64,000 nt of DNA from an uncultured Chloroflexia bacterium (GTDB lineage: Bacteria; Chloroflexota; Anaerolineae; JAAYZQ01), in contig CAVOXA010000010.1 of NCBI GenBank assembly GCA_963700285.1, forward strand, positions 192,001 through 256,000, in the 5' to 3' direction. The notes under the pieces were generated by a model. It worked only from the letters and a program-made list of their open reading frames with translations. It was not told the DNA's origin and did not search any database. A program made the translations under genes and the position numbers. How positions within the stretch are numbered: position 1 is the stretch's first letter; every line of letters begins with the position of its first letter. Shown piece by piece: positions 40,268 to 51,371 of this stretch.

Positions 40268-41081
40268 TCAAAACCACACCCTCTGAAGTTCCTCCAGTGT
40301 CCCATCCTCGCGCATCTCCAGCAGCACCCGGTTGACCTCCTCGATCAACCGAAAGTCTTCCGGGCGCAGGGGGATGACATAGTCCAGGTCGGCGATGGGC
40401 TCGCCGGCGATGCGCAGGCCCTCGCAGTCACGCAGGTAGGTCAGCGCCGAGATACGGTCCACCACGAGCGGCTTCCACCTCGGCCGACTGCAGCGCGCGG
40501 AGCGCTTCCTCTGCAGTCTCGTAGCGGCGCAGGCCCAGGCCCTGGAGGAACAGTCGCTGGCGGCTGTCACCCTCGGCTACAAAGCCCCATTCGACGCCCA
40601 CTACCCGGCCCGCCAGGTCCTCTACCTCGGTGATATCGAGGGTCTCTTCCGGGAGGACGATGACCATGCCCCCATTAAAGTAGGCCAGGGAATAGGTCAC
40701 ATCCTCGGTCCGCATCGGCTCGTAGGGCAGCGCGGAAAGCACGACGTCGCAGCGCCCGCTCAACAGCGCATCGTACAAACTGTCAAAGCCCACGGTGACA
40801 AGCTTGGCCTGCAAGCCATCCTGCCTATCATCCGTCACCAGCCGGCTGGCCAGGAGCCTGGCCAGATCTATATCAAATCCTTTTAGCCGCCCTGTCTCCA
40901 AGTCGATGGATTCAAAGGGCGGCCAACTGGGATCCGTGCACACGAGCAGCACTCCCGTCTCCTGGATCCGCACCCACACCGGATCGATGGCCTCGGGCAG
41001 CCTCCGCAGCAGAAGCCACGACCCAGCCACGATCAAGACGATAGCAGCCAGCACACCGGCGGCCAGCCAACCCTTCGACAA
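40268..41081 (-). CDS. Amino-acid ABC transporter substrate-binding protein (family 3), frameshift near 40465; start approximate
   Basis: DPSWPPFE, GFDIDLA, FDSLYDALLSGRCD; C-terminus LLEMREDGTLEELQRVWF lies in another frame. Confidence 0.8.
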
Positions 41082-41137
41082 GTTTCCAAGATCTCTGAGA
41101 GACCTGTGGAATCGTGTAAACCACCCGCCTTGCCGCC

Positions 41138-42280
41138 TCACGGTCCCTCTCCTCTGGAATAACGCTGTGCAGCGAAATAGATCGGCTTGGGTGTAAAATC
41201 GGTCGTGACAAAAGTGAAATAGTCCTGGTAGGTATTGGCCGGACGAGGGTAGCGAAAGGCCCACAGCACCACGGCCTCGACCCAAGGCCACTCTTCGGAC
41301 GCCTTCTGGTAAGCGCGCTGCGTGTAGGCTGCCCGCTGCGACGGGCCCACCGCCTTGGTCCAGCGAGGATGATCGTTCCAGCCGCCCTCGGTGATATAGA
41401 CGGGCATCTCGGCGTATCCGGCCTCGACCAAGAGCTGGCGGAGCAGCTCCGTACGATTCCAGTTGATCACGGCCGGATCGGCCGGTGCCTCAGGGGACAG
41501 GCGCCAGCCGTAGGCGTGGACCGCCAGCCCGTCCATCACCTCGCCCGCGCCGGCGTCCAGCATCCGGCGCAGGTATTCCAGATCGTTCATACCCTCCGGA
41601 TCGCCCACTGGCGCCAGGGTAGGAGCCAGCGCGCCGCCCAGGACCACGATGTCTGGATCAGCCGCTTTGGCGCGCGGGTATACGGCGCGCAGCATGGCCG
41701 CATAGCTCTCCGGATCCACCGGGCGGTAGCCCCATTCCAGGCTGATGTTGGGCTCGTTCCAGATGACAATGTGGTCCACGCGCCCCTGAAAGTGCTCGAC
41801 AAAGGCCTGGACATAGTCGCCAAAGGCATCGTATCCTTCTTCATCCAGATAGGTAAAGGTCGTCGCTTTCTCCTCGGGATCTGGACGGGCCCACTCAGGC
41901 ACGAAACCCAGGCGGGCAATCACCGTTAGACCCTGGCGGCGGGCATGATCCACCACCAGGTCAGCGTGGGTCCAGTCGTAGCTGCCCGGCGAGGGCTCAT
42001 AGTAGGCCCAGGGAAAGTACTCGACGGTCCAGGTAGCGCCCATCTCGCGCACCATCTCCAGCGTGCGCTTGATCTTCCACGGCTCAACCTCATCGGTCAG
42101 CCGCGTGTGGATGCCCATCTTGGGATCGACGCTGTGCACCCTTTGCTGCGGCCCCAGGGCGACAAGCGGGTAGATCGGCGCCCCCGCCAGGAGCACCACC
42201 AGCCCCAACAGAAGCATCCGCCCTGCCTGGATCCAGCGTCGTCGATTCAATCGCCATGGTCCCCCGACAACCGTTCTCAT
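41138..42280 (-). CDS. Clan GH-A glycoside hydrolase (GH5/GH39-like); start approximate
   Basis: WNEPN acid/base and ITEGGW nucleophile motifs, AVHAY, N-terminal TM. Confidence 0.82.
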   Translation of the reverse strand: MRTVVGGPWRLNRRRWIQAGRMLLLGLVVLLAGAPIYPLVALGPQQRVHSVDPKMGIHTRLTDEVEPWKIKRTLEMVREMGATWTVEYFPWAYYEPSPGSYDWTHADLVVDHARRQGLTVIARLGFVPEWARPDPEEKATTFTYLDEEGYDAFGDYVQAFVEHFQGRVDHIVIWNEPNISLEWGYRPVDPESYAAMLRAVYPRAKAADPDIVVLGGALAPTLAPVGDPEGMNDLEYLRRMLDAGAGEVMDGLAVHAYGWRLSPEAPADPAVINWNRTELLRQLLVEAGYAEMPVYITEGGWNDHPRWTKAVGPSQRAAYTQRAYQKASEEWPWVEAVVLWAFRYPRPANTYQDYFTFVTTDFTPKPIYFAAQRYSRGEGP

Positions 42281-42361
42281 AACCGCCATTATACCCGCGA
42301 TCGCCCCGGCAGGCAACGACCAGGGCTTCGCCCGCTATGGCTGTTGCAAAGTCGCGCTCGA

Positions 42362-42475
42362 GATCCTCCCGCAGGTCTGGCCATGTTCTGGTACCCAGCC
42401 GCATGGCAGAATCAGCCAGTAACGGGGCAGAAGTCAGGCCGAACCTGCGGGAGGATCGCCCACTGCTCCCGCAGG
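42362..42475. repeat. Dispersed REPIN-like copy
   Basis: GATCCTCCCGCAGG, about 66 nt, AACCTGCGGGAGGATC, plus a third arm CTCCCGCAGG. Confidence 0.7.
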
Positions 42476-42699
42476 CTCCCCGCGCGAGTGCAACGTGTGC
42501 CTCGTGCAGGAGACCAGTTGGAAAGCGACTCTTTGCCAGACAGCAACCTGCTAGAGGGTCAAGCATGCCCGAAGGGACGCTGTGAGTCAGCCTACAGACG
42601 GGCTGGGGCTGGCCGGTTAAGATCAGCCGAGTGCGGGCTGGCGGGGGGGACATGCCTCGCCGTCCCAGAGTTGTTTGCTCAGCCAAGAAGAGAACAAAC

Positions 42700-42759
42700 T
42701 TGACAAGATCGGTCCACTATGGTACACTGCGCCCCACCCCACCCCCTAGGGGGTGGGGT
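42700..42759 (+). promoter_or_regulatory. Sigma70 promoter and CsoR-type operator
   Basis: TTGACA (42700)-17-TACACT (42723); perfect 24-bp palindrome ACCCCACCCCCTAGGGGGTGGGGT at 42736-42759, a C-tract/G-tract form typical of CsoR operators. Confidence 0.75.
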
Positions 42760-42779
42760 ATCTTGAGGGAGTGCGGGAA

Positions 42780-43058
42780 ATGGCCGAGGAGTACAAACAG
42801 GCAATTATCAACCGGTTGAAGAGTATCGAGGGGCATGCGCGCGGTATCCAGCGTATGATAGACGAGGATGCCTATTGCATCGACATCATCAACCAGAACT
42901 TGGCCGTACAGCGGGCACTGGAAAAGGTCAATAGCTTGATCCTAGAGCGCCACCTCCAGACCTGCGTGACCACGGCCCTCCGCAGCGATGACCCGGCGGA
43001 AAGGGAGAGGGTCATCACCGAGATCATGAATGTATTTGAGACGACAGGCAAGTTGTAA
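42780..43058 (+). CDS. csoR: Copper-sensing repressor CsoR
   Basis: RLKSIEGH, YCIDII and HLQTCV (Cys-His-Cys ligand set). Confidence 0.9.
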   Translation: MAEEYKQAIINRLKSIEGHARGIQRMIDEDAYCIDIINQNLAVQRALEKVNSLILERHLQTCVTTALRSDDPAERERVITEIMNVFETTGKL

Positions 43059-43136
43059 AGACATTTTTCCAGTTTCGTGTTGCGTGATTGCCACCTCATG
43101 GTGCACGTAACACGCAACGTGACTGAGGAGGTCCAG

Positions 43137-43340
43137 ATGAAGACGATTACCTTGAGTATTCCCAATATTAGCTGCAACCACTGCGTGATGACGGTTAAGC
43201 GCGAGGCCGGCTTTGTGGATGGCGCCGAGTTCCTGAGCGGTGATGTGGAAGCCAAAACCGCCACGTTCCAGGTCGCGAGCGACGAGGCGCTGACCACCCT
43301 CAAGTCGACGCTGGCCGAGGCCGGATATCCGGCAGACTAG
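43137..43340 (+). CDS. copZ: Copper chaperone (HMA domain)
   Basis: ISCNHC metal motif, ends EAGYP. Confidence 0.88.
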   Translation: MKTITLSIPNISCNHCVMTVKREAGFVDGAEFLSGDVEAKTATFQVASDEALTTLKSTLAEAGYPAD

Positions 43341-43456
43341 CGGACGAACTGGAAAGAGGTAGATCCGGGGGCCGGGAACCACCGCACCAGCACACTTGCC
43401 CGCAACTACCCAACTTATCAGAGTACCAATAACCGATCTATCACCATCCCGAGGCC

Positions 43457-45955
43457 ATGTCGACCAAACAAGTAACCCTGCCCGTCACGGGCATGACCTG
43501 CGCCAACTGCTCGCTGAACGTAGAGCGCAACCTGAAGCGCTTGGACGGCGTTGAAACGGCCACAGTAAACCTGGCCACCGAGAGAGCATCAGTCACCTAT
43601 GATCCCTCGGTCGTCGGTGAGGGCCAATTTCTTGCCCTCATCCGCGACATCGGGTATGATGTGGCGACGGCCAAGGCAGAACTACCCATAACGGGTATGA
43701 CCTGCGCGAATTGCTCCATGACGGTAGAGAGAACACTGAACCGCCTCGATGGGGTCGTGTCGGCCAACGTCAACCTGGCCAGCGAGCGGGCCAGCGTGGA
43801 ATACCTGCCCGGCGCCATCAGTCTGGCGGCCATCCAGCAGGCGATCCGGGACGTGGGTTACGATGTGATCATCACAGGGGAGGGCGAGGCGGCCGAAGAC
43901 GTAGAGCGCGCCGCCCGCGAGGCCGAGATCCGCGACCAGACCCGAAAGTTCTGGGTGGGCGCAGCCTTCACCTTGCCGCTCTTTTTGCTGAGCATGGGGC
44001 GCGATTTTGGCCTCCTGGGCGCGTGGGCCTACGCGCCATGGGTCAACTGGCTCTTCCTGGTCCTGGCCACGCCCGTCCAGTTCTACGTCGGCGGTGACTA
44101 TTACGTAGGCGCCTACAAGAGCTTGCGGTCCGGGTCAGCCAACATGGACGTATTGGTGGCCATGGGCTCATCGGCCGCGTACTTTTACAGTCTGGCCGTG
44201 TTGCTGTTCCCCGGCCTGGGTGGCCACGTCTATTTCGAGACGTCGGCCATGATCATCACCCTCATCAAGCTGGGCAAGGTGCTCGAGGCTCGGGCCAAGG
44301 GCCGCACCTCCGAGGCCATCAAAAAGCTCATGGGGTTGCGCCCCAAGACAGCGCACGTGCTTCGAGACGGCTCTGAAGTAGAAATCCCCATCGAGTCCGT
44401 GGCACTGGCCGATGTGGTGGTGGTACGCCCCGGCGAGCGGCTGCCGGTGGATGGCGTCGTCATCGATGGCCGTTCAGCGGTCGATGAGTCGATGCTCACC
44501 GGCGAGAGCTTGCCTGTGGACAAGGGACCGGGTGATGAGGTCGTGGGCGGGACGATCAACAAGCAGGGATTGCTCAGATTTGAGGCCACCCGCGTGGGCG
44601 CTCAGACAGCATTGGCCCAGATCATCCGCCTTGTCGAAGAGGCCCAGGGGTCCAAAGCACCCATCCAAAGGCTGACCGATCGCGTCTCGGCGGTCTTTGT
44701 ACCAGCAGTCATCCTCATCGCCGCGCTCACTTTCCTGGCCTGGTTCTTTATCGGCGACGTGGGTTTCACCCAGAGCATGATCTTTATGGTTTCTGTGCTG
44801 GTCATTGCCTGCCCCTGCGCCCTGGGTCTGGCCACGCCCACGGCCATCATGGTCGGCACCGGCAAGGGTGCAGAGCACGGCATCTTGTTCAAGAACAGCG
44901 AGGCCCTGGAGCGAGCCCACGAACTCACGACGGTTGTCCTGGACAAGACCGGCACGATCACCAAGGGTGAGCCATCCATGACCGATGTGGTGCCGATAAA
45001 CGGCAAAGATCTGGCCATTGGCTCATTGACCGGTTCCTCCTTGCTCCGCTTGGCAGCGTCTGCGGAGAGGGGTTCCGAGCACCCCCTGGGCCAGGCAATC
45101 GTCCGGGGCGCGGTGGAAGAGGGCCTGGAACTGGCCGAACCAAACGGGTTTGAGGCGGTGGTAGGTCAGGGTATCATAGCGACCGTGGAGGGCCGGCAGG
45201 TGCTGGTGGGCTCGCCGAGGCTGTTGGAAGAACGCCGCGTGGCACTCAACAGGCTAGTGGCACCCTTGGCGCGGTTGGAGGCTGAGGCCAAGACGGCGAT
45301 GCTCGTGGCCGTGGACGGCGATGCGGTGGGCATCATCGCTGTGGCCGATACCATCAAAGAGGGCTCCGCCGAGGCGATCCGGCAGATGCAAGCCCTGGGT
45401 CTAGAAGTGGTCATGATCACCGGCGACAACCAGCGCACAGCCGAGGCCATTGTCCGACAGCTTGTCCCGAGCAACGTCGAAGGGCTTGCCCTTGGCGGAC
45501 GAGAAGGGGCAGGCATCAGCCGTGTGGTCGCCCAGGTGCTGCCCGGTGAGAAGGTGGATCAGGTGAAAGCCCTGCAAGCGGACACGGATGCCACAATCGG
45601 CATGGTCGGCGATGGCATCAACGATGCCCCAGCCCTGGCCCAGGCGGACGTAGGCATTGCCATCGGCACCGGCACGGACGTCGCCATGGCCGCCGCCGAT
45701 GTGACGCTCATGAGCGGCGACCTGCGCGGGGTGCCGCGGGCCATTGCCCTCAGCCGGGCGACCATGCGAACCATCAAGCAGAACCTATTCTGGGCCTTGT
45801 TTTACAACGTGATCCTGATTCCGCTGGCGGCAGGGGTCTTTTATCCATCGCTGGGAATTCACCTGCACCCTGTTCTGGCTGCCGCGGCGATGGCCTTTAG
45901 CAGCATTTTCGTCGTTACCAACTCTCTGCGACTGCGCAGGGTGAAGCTAATTTGA
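43457..45955 (+). CDS. copA: Cu(I)-translocating P1B-1 ATPase
   Basis: Two GMTCANC domains, [26 protein letters not shown] and MAFSS. Confidence 0.96.
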   Translation: MSTKQVTLPVTGMTCANCSLNVERNLKRLDGVETATVNLATERASVTYDPSVVGEGQFLALIRDIGYDVATAKAELPITGMTCANCSMTVERTLNRLDGVVSANVNLASERASVEYLPGAISLAAIQQAIRDVGYDVIITGEGEAAEDVERAAREAEIRDQTRKFWVGAAFTLPLFLLSMGRDFGLLGAWAYAPWVNWLFLVLATPVQFYVGGDYYVGAYKSLRSGSANMDVLVAMGSSAAYFYSLAVLLFPGLGGHVYFETSAMIITLIKLGKVLEARAKGRTSEAIKKLMGLRPKTAHVLRDGSEVEIPIESVALADVVVVRPGERLPVDGVVIDGRSAVDESMLTGESLPVDKGPGDEVVGGTINKQGLLRFEATRVGAQTALAQIIRLVEEAQGSKAPIQRLTDRVSAVFVPAVILIAALTFLAWFFIGDVGFTQSMIFMVSVLVIACPCALGLATPTAIMVGTGKGAEHGILFKNSEALERAHELTTVVLDKTGTITKGEPSMTDVVPINGKDLAIGSLTGSSLLRLAASAERGSEHPLGQAIVRGAVEEGLELAEPNGFEAVVGQGIIATVEGRQVLVGSPRLLEERRVALNRLVAPLARLEAEAKTAMLVAVDGDAVGIIAVADTIKEGSAEAIRQMQALGLEVVMITGDNQRTAEAIVRQLVPSNVEGLALGGREGAGISRVVAQVLPGEKVDQVKALQADTDATIGMVGDGINDAPALAQADVGIAIGTGTDVAMAAADVTLMSGDLRGVPRAIALSRATMRTIKQNLFWALFYNVILIPLAAGVFYPSLGIHLHPVLAAAAMAFSSIFVVTNSLRLRRVKLI

Positions 45956-46026
45956 GATTCCAGATGTTGGATTGTAGATGAAATAGTATTCTCCAATCGA
46001 GAATCAAAAATCCAGAATCGAAAGGT

Positions 46027-47886
46027 ATGGGTATGAGATTGAAGTATGGCTGGTTGATCGTACTGGTGGTCGTCGCATTGTTGACAGCAGCCTGCGGGCC
46101 GCAGGAAGATGTGCCAACGTTGGGCGAACAGGCCACCGCCGAGCAGTCAGAGGCTGCTGGGGTTGGTGAAACCCCCAAAGCAGCCGCTGCGGAGGATCCG
46201 ACAGCGGAACCCGCCGAAAGCTCGGCATCTGCCGCAGAGCTGCCCGTCGATGAGGGTGACTGGCATGTACTGGGCTCGCCGGACGCGCCCATCACCATTG
46301 TCGAGTACTCGGACTTTCAGTGACCGTTCTGTGCCAGTTACGTCCGTGAGACGTTCCCACAGATACTAGAGTCCTACATCGGCAGCGGTGATGTCCGCTA
46401 CGTATTCCGCAATTTTCCGCTATTCTCCATCCATCCCCAGGCTGCAAAGGCCGCCGAAGCAGCCGAGTGCGCCGGTGAGCAAGGGGCATTCTGGGAGATG
46501 CATGACGTACTCTTTGATGGCCAGGACCAATGGTCCGGCAGTCCAGATGCAGAAGATGTCTTCAAAGGGATGGCGAACGGCCTGGATTTGGACCAGGCCC
46601 AGTTTGATGCCTGTCTGGACGAGGGCAATTATGCCGACAAGGTGATCGCTGACTACCAGGAGGGCGCTGCCCTGGGTATCACCGGCACACCGGCCTTCCG
46701 AGTCAATGGCGCGGCCATGTCGGGAGCCCAGCCCTTCTCCGCATTCCAGCAGCAGATCGACTATTTTCTGGCGGGAGGTGAAGCTCCCAGCCTGGAGGTG
46801 GACTCTGACAGCTATCGCAGCATGGGACGGGCGGACGCGCCGGTGGTAGTCACCGAATTCTCGGACTACCAGTGACCGGCCTGTTCATCGATCGCCCGTG
46901 AGGTGATCCCAGACCTTATCGAACAGTATGTCGATACCGGCAAAGCTCGTTACGTATACCGCGAGTTTCCATTGACTTCCATCCACCCTGTCGCGCAAAA
47001 AGCGTCGGAGGCGGCCATATGCGCCGGCCAGCAGGGAAAGTATTGGGAGATGAACGAGCACCTTTTTGCCACCCAGGCAGAGTGGTCACAGGCAGCCGAT
47101 CCGGCCCAGCAATTCAGCACCTATGCCACAGAATTGGAATTGGATACCGATGCCTTTGACGAGTGCCTGGCTTCCGGCGAGGGAGCAATCGTAGTCCAGG
47201 GGGACCTGCTGACCGGCGAATCGCTGGGTGTGAACGCCACCCCCTACTTTTTTATCAATGACATGCCCATCCGTGGCGGCCTGCCCATTGAGGCGCTAGG
47301 CCGCATCATCGACTATGCGGCCGCAGGCGGTCCCCCACCCGAGATTGTGCCCAGCGGTCCCGACTGGCACATGCGAGGAAACCCGCAAACGGCGGGGGCC
47401 ATCACCGTGGCCTTTGTGGACTATGCCAGCCCCGAGTCGGCAGAACACGCCACAGAGGTATTGCCACAGTTGGTGGAAGAGTACATCGACAGCGGCCAGT
47501 TGGTCTATGTCCTGCATCCCTGGACAGAGGGAGAGGACAGCCCTGGTACCCTGGCAGCCATCGCCGCCGAGTGCGCAGGCCAGCAGGACAAGGGTTGGGA
47601 GATGCATGACAAGATCTTGGCCGATCAGGAGGCATGGACCACAGCCAGCGATCCAGGCTCTCACTTTGCTGACTATGCCAAAGCGCTGGATGTGGACTCG
47701 GCCGGGTTCGAGGCTTGCCTGGAATCAGCAGGGGCCAAGCTGCGGGCGCAGGCCGGAAGCGTGGTCGGTGCGCTCTATGGCGTGCCAGGCGCACCTATCT
47801 TTCTATTCAACAATGGCCAGGGGCAAGAGGGATCACCCAGCTTTGACGAGTTCAAAGCCGTGATCGACTCGATTCTCGGCCCTTAG
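46027..47886 (+). CDS. Triple DsbA/thioredoxin-fold lipoprotein with two in-frame UGA codons (probable selenocysteines)
   Basis: ORFs 46027..46323, 46498..46875 and 46903..47886 share one frame; SDFQ-UGA-PFC (46321) and SDYQ-UGA-PAC (46873) occupy the first Cys of CxxC; third domain reads DYASPES; lipobox LTAAC. Confidence 0.85.
46340..46354 (+). promoter_or_regulatory. Candidate bacterial SECIS hairpin 1
   Basis: ACGTC-CGTGA-GACGT; loop starts 22 nt after UGA 46321-46323. Confidence 0.55.
46890..46908 (+). promoter_or_regulatory. Candidate bacterial SECIS hairpin 2
   Basis: GATCGCC-CGTGA-GGTGATC; same loop, also starting 22 nt after UGA 46873-46875. Confidence 0.6.
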
Positions 47887-47980
47887 CGACAAATATCTCA
47901 GGCCTCCAGAGTTGCAAACACAGGCTGTACCGGTGGTGGTACTGTGGGGGCCTGGGCTGAAACCACAACGGCGCAGGAAC

Positions 47981-48943
47981 ATGAAAAAACTCTTGTTAAC
48001 ATTGGCTTTCTGCCTTACGGTCCTGACCATGCCTGGCCTGGCCCAGGACACACAACCGGCTTCGGGAGATACGCCCACGCTGGCGGACCTCCAGGTTGCC
48101 CTCTGGCCAGAATATGACCGGCCCGAAGTACTTGTGATCTACCGGGGTCTGTTCGCGCCTGATACCGCCTTGCCGGTTCCGGTGGAGATCCGTATTCCAG
48201 CCAGCGTTGGCCAGCCTACGGCTGTCGCCTACGTAGACGAGGCAGGGCAGCGGTTCAACCAGCAGCATACAACCCGCATCGAGGACGATCAACTGGTGGT
48301 GTCTTTTGAATTGCCCACGCTGGGCTTTCAGCTTGAATACTATGATGATCTGCGGATGGACTCGACAGGGGTGCGCGAATACACCTATTCCCATACGGCA
48401 GACTATCCTACCACGGCGCTGAATCTGGAGTTTCAGGTACCCCCTACGGCAGAGGCGTTCACGCTGGATCCTCCTGCTGACTCTGTGGGCCCAGAGGGCG
48501 ACGGCTTGACCTATCACCTGGTCCGCAAAGGTCCAGTGGCAGAGGGCGGCACTGAGGAGTGGACCCTTGTCTATCAGAAGGGTGATGACGAACTGACAGC
48601 CTCGGGCTTTGTCCAGGCTCCAACGCCGGTCGCTGCTGCACCGCCAGCAACAGGAGGCAGCGACAACACGACCGTTCTGATCTTCCTGGTGGCCTTTGTG
48701 GCCCTCGTCGGAGTCGGGGCAGGCGCGTTCTGGCTGGGCCGGCGGACTCTGTCCACCCCAGAGACGGTACCACCACCCGAACGACACAAGAGACGAGGTA
48801 GTGGGCAGGGTTCTCCACCCCCGCCGCAGCGGCTCTCCTTGTCCGCCCTGGAAGAGACGCCATTCTGCTACCAGTGTGGTACACAAGTGCGGCATGATGC
48901 CGAGTTCTGTCACAAGTGCGGCGCTGAGGTACGCAGAGGGTAA
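47981..48943 (+). CDS. Exported membrane-anchored protein with C-terminal zinc ribbon
   Basis: Signal peptide, LWPEYDRP, TM, CYQCG...CHKCG. Confidence 0.75.
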   Translation: MKKLLLTLAFCLTVLTMPGLAQDTQPASGDTPTLADLQVALWPEYDRPEVLVIYRGLFAPDTALPVPVEIRIPASVGQPTAVAYVDEAGQRFNQQHTTRIEDDQLVVSFELPTLGFQLEYYDDLRMDSTGVREYTYSHTADYPTTALNLEFQVPPTAEAFTLDPPADSVGPEGDGLTYHLVRKGPVAEGGTEEWTLVYQKGDDELTASGFVQAPTPVAAAPPATGGSDNTTVLIFLVAFVALVGVGAGAFWLGRRTLSTPETVPPPERHKRRGSGQGSPPPPQRLSLSALEETPFCYQCGTQVRHDAEFCHKCGAEVRRG

Positions 48944-48984
48944 GCTTATTTGTTCATGGGTATCTTTCGAGTGAGGAGGTAACT

Positions 48985-49374
48985 ATGTCTTCGACTATGA
49001 AATTCATCATCGGTGGCGTTGTCGTCGTGGTCGTCATCGGCATCCTGATCGCCACCAGCTTCTCCGGTTCCACCAGCGACTATCTGACCATTGCCGAGGT
49101 CAAAGCCCTGGGCCCGGATCAGGCACGCGATTCGCGCGTGACCGGCGCCATCGTCGCCAATTCGGTCGAGTGGAGCACCCGCGACCTGCACCTGACTTTC
49201 GCCATTGAGGATGAGACAGGCACGCTGCCCGTATCTTACCACGGTCCCCAACCCGACATGCTGGTGGATGCCGTGGAGGCGGTAGCCGTTGGCAAGTATG
49301 ATCCTGCAGCCGGGGCCTTTGAGGCTGAAGAGTTGCTGATGAAATGCCCCTCCAAGTATGAGGAGAAGGAATAG
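48985..49374 (+). CDS. ccmE: Heme chaperone CcmE, CxxxY variant
   Basis: N-terminal TM, YHGPQPD and LLMKCPSKY. Confidence 0.88.
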   Translation: MSSTMKFIIGGVVVVVVIGILIATSFSGSTSDYLTIAEVKALGPDQARDSRVTGAIVANSVEWSTRDLHLTFAIEDETGTLPVSYHGPQPDMLVDAVEAVAVGKYDPAAGAFEAEELLMKCPSKYEEKE

Positions 49375-49410
49375 GCAGCTGGACTAGAAACTCGGAGGGG
49401 GCGAACGCTA

Positions 49411-51369
49411 TTGGTTCTCGCAGATATTGGTTACGGTGTACTATTATTGACCCTTGCCGCGGCCGCGTGGGCGACGGTTGCCGCGGTGCTTGGCGCCTGG
49501 AAACGCCGTCCAGAACTTGTTTCCAGTGCGCGCTATGCGCTGTTGGTCACGGCCGGCCTATCGACGCTGTCCGCAGTCCTTCTGCTCATCCTGCTTTTCA
49601 GCCACGAATTTGAGGTTCGCTACGTCTACGAACACGTGGCCACCTATCTCAAGCCGGCCTACGTGCTGGCAGCATTCTGGGCTGGGCTGGAGGGATCGCA
49701 ACTACTATGGTTGTGGATGCTGGCCATCTTTACCGGCATGGTGGTATGGCGCAAGCCGACGTGGGACCGTGAGTTGCGCCCATGGGCCATGGCCGCACTG
49801 GCCTTCACCCAGGCGTTTTTCGCCTTCTTGCTCATCATGCTCACCAACCCCTACGAGCTCTTGCCCTCAGTGCCGGTCGAGGGCACCAGCCTCAACCCAC
49901 TGCTCCAGAACTTTTGGATGATCATCCATCCCCCCATCATCTTTGCCGCCTATGCCCTGTGGACCATCCCCGCGGCCTATGCCTTTGCGGCCCTGGTCAC
50001 CGGCCGGCTGGATGCTGGTTGGCTGCGGGGCACCAGACGCTGGTCCCTGGCCGCGTGGGCATCCTTGGGCATCGGCATCCTGGTTGGGGCCTGGTGGGCG
50101 TACCTGGAGCTGGGCTGGGGGGGTTACTGGGGCTGGGACCCGGTGGAAAACTCGTCCCTGATCCCCTTTCTCGTAGGGACAGCCTTTGTCCACGCGGCCA
50201 TCATCCAGGATCGTCGCGATATGTTTCGCGCCTGGAATGTCTTTTTGGCGACCCTCACTTTTGTGCTGACCATCTTTGCTACCTTTGTCACCCGCTCGGG
50301 GCTGATTCAATCCGTGCACGCCTTTGCCGAGTCGCCCATCGGCTACTACTATCTAGGCTACATGTTGCTGGTTTTGGCCGCGACCATCGGGCTGATGCTG
50401 GCCCGCAGAAGAGAGCTGGAGGGAGAAGGGCAGTTGGGCGATCTCTTGTCCCGGGAGTTCATTTTCTTGATTACCATCCTACTGCTCCTGGGATCGGCGG
50501 CGGCGGTGTTGCTGGGCACCCTATGGCCCACCTTCACCGAAGCTTTGCGCGGGATGGCCTCCAGCCTGGGGCCCGACAACTATAACCAGTTCATGGGCCC
50601 GCTGGGCCTACTTTTGGTGCTGCTCATTGGCATTTGCCCCCTCATCGACTGGCGCAAGATCAGCGGCCAACAATTGCTCAAGAGCCTATGGGTCCAGGTG
50701 ATCGTAGCTCTTGTTACCGCGGTGTTGTTGATGGTATTCGGCGTGCGCGAGCTGTGGGCCGTGGTATCCTTCGCTGTTACAGCCTTTGTAGCCACAACCA
50801 TCGTGCTCCAGCTAGCCAAAGGCATCGTGGCCCGCATGCGGACCGCGAACGAAAATGTGCTGAAAGCGACGGTGCAAGCGGTCGCCAACAATCGGCGGCG
50901 GTACGGGGGGCAGATCATCCACTTTTCGATTCTGCTCATCGTCATCGGCATCACCGGCTCCCAGGCATATCAGAGCGAGGTACAGGTTGCCCTGGCCACA
51001 GGTGAAGCCGTGGACGTGAGCGGCTACACGCTGACCTACGAAGACTATACCTTCCAGCAGGTCGAAGAGGACGGCAACAAATCTCTCAACGAGGCGGTCC
51101 TTGAGGTCTACCGGGGGGATCGTAAAGTGGCGACGATCAGACCCCAGCGCAACCTGCACAGCAACGTCCAAGGTGCAGTGACCGAAGTCGCGTTGCGCTC
51201 CAATCTGAAAGAAGACCTATACGTCGTCCTGGCCAGTCTGGAAGCTGATGGGCTCGCCGCTTTCCAGGTGCTTATCAACCCCCTGGTAATCTGGTTGTGG
51301 ATCGGGGGCATGGTCTTGATCCTTGGTACTTTGATCGCGGGTTGGCCTCCCCGCAAGCGAGGGAGGTAG
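49411..51369 (+). CDS. ccmF: Heme lyase CcmF
   Basis: LNPLLQ, IHPP, WGGYWGWDPVEN and TRSGLIQSVHAF. Confidence 0.95.
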   Translation: MVLADIGYGVLLLTLAAAAWATVAAVLGAWKRRPELVSSARYALLVTAGLSTLSAVLLLILLFSHEFEVRYVYEHVATYLKPAYVLAAFWAGLEGSQLLWLWMLAIFTGMVVWRKPTWDRELRPWAMAALAFTQAFFAFLLIMLTNPYELLPSVPVEGTSLNPLLQNFWMIIHPPIIFAAYALWTIPAAYAFAALVTGRLDAGWLRGTRRWSLAAWASLGIGILVGAWWAYLELGWGGYWGWDPVENSSLIPFLVGTAFVHAAIIQDRRDMFRAWNVFLATLTFVLTIFATFVTRSGLIQSVHAFAESPIGYYYLGYMLLVLAATIGLMLARRRELEGEGQLGDLLSREFIFLITILLLLGSAAAVLLGTLWPTFTEALRGMASSLGPDNYNQFMGPLGLLLVLLIGICPLIDWRKISGQQLLKSLWVQVIVALVTAVLLMVFGVRELWAVVSFAVTAFVATTIVLQLAKGIVARMRTANENVLKATVQAVANNRRRYGGQIIHFSILLIVIGITGSQAYQSEVQVALATGEAVDVSGYTLTYEDYTFQQVEEDGNKSLNEAVLEVYRGDRKVATIRPQRNLHSNVQGAVTEVALRSNLKEDLYVVLASLEADGLAAFQVLINPLVIWLWIGGMVLILGTLIAGWPPRKRGR

Positions 51370-51371
51370 GA

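Noticed and set aside
46321-46875. DsbA gene as a nonsense pseudogene, or genome-wide UGA reassignment
   Set aside because: Both stops hit the same catalytic position and have matching hairpins, and many other genes here (e.g. ending at 4548, 31153, 45955) use TGA as a normal stop.
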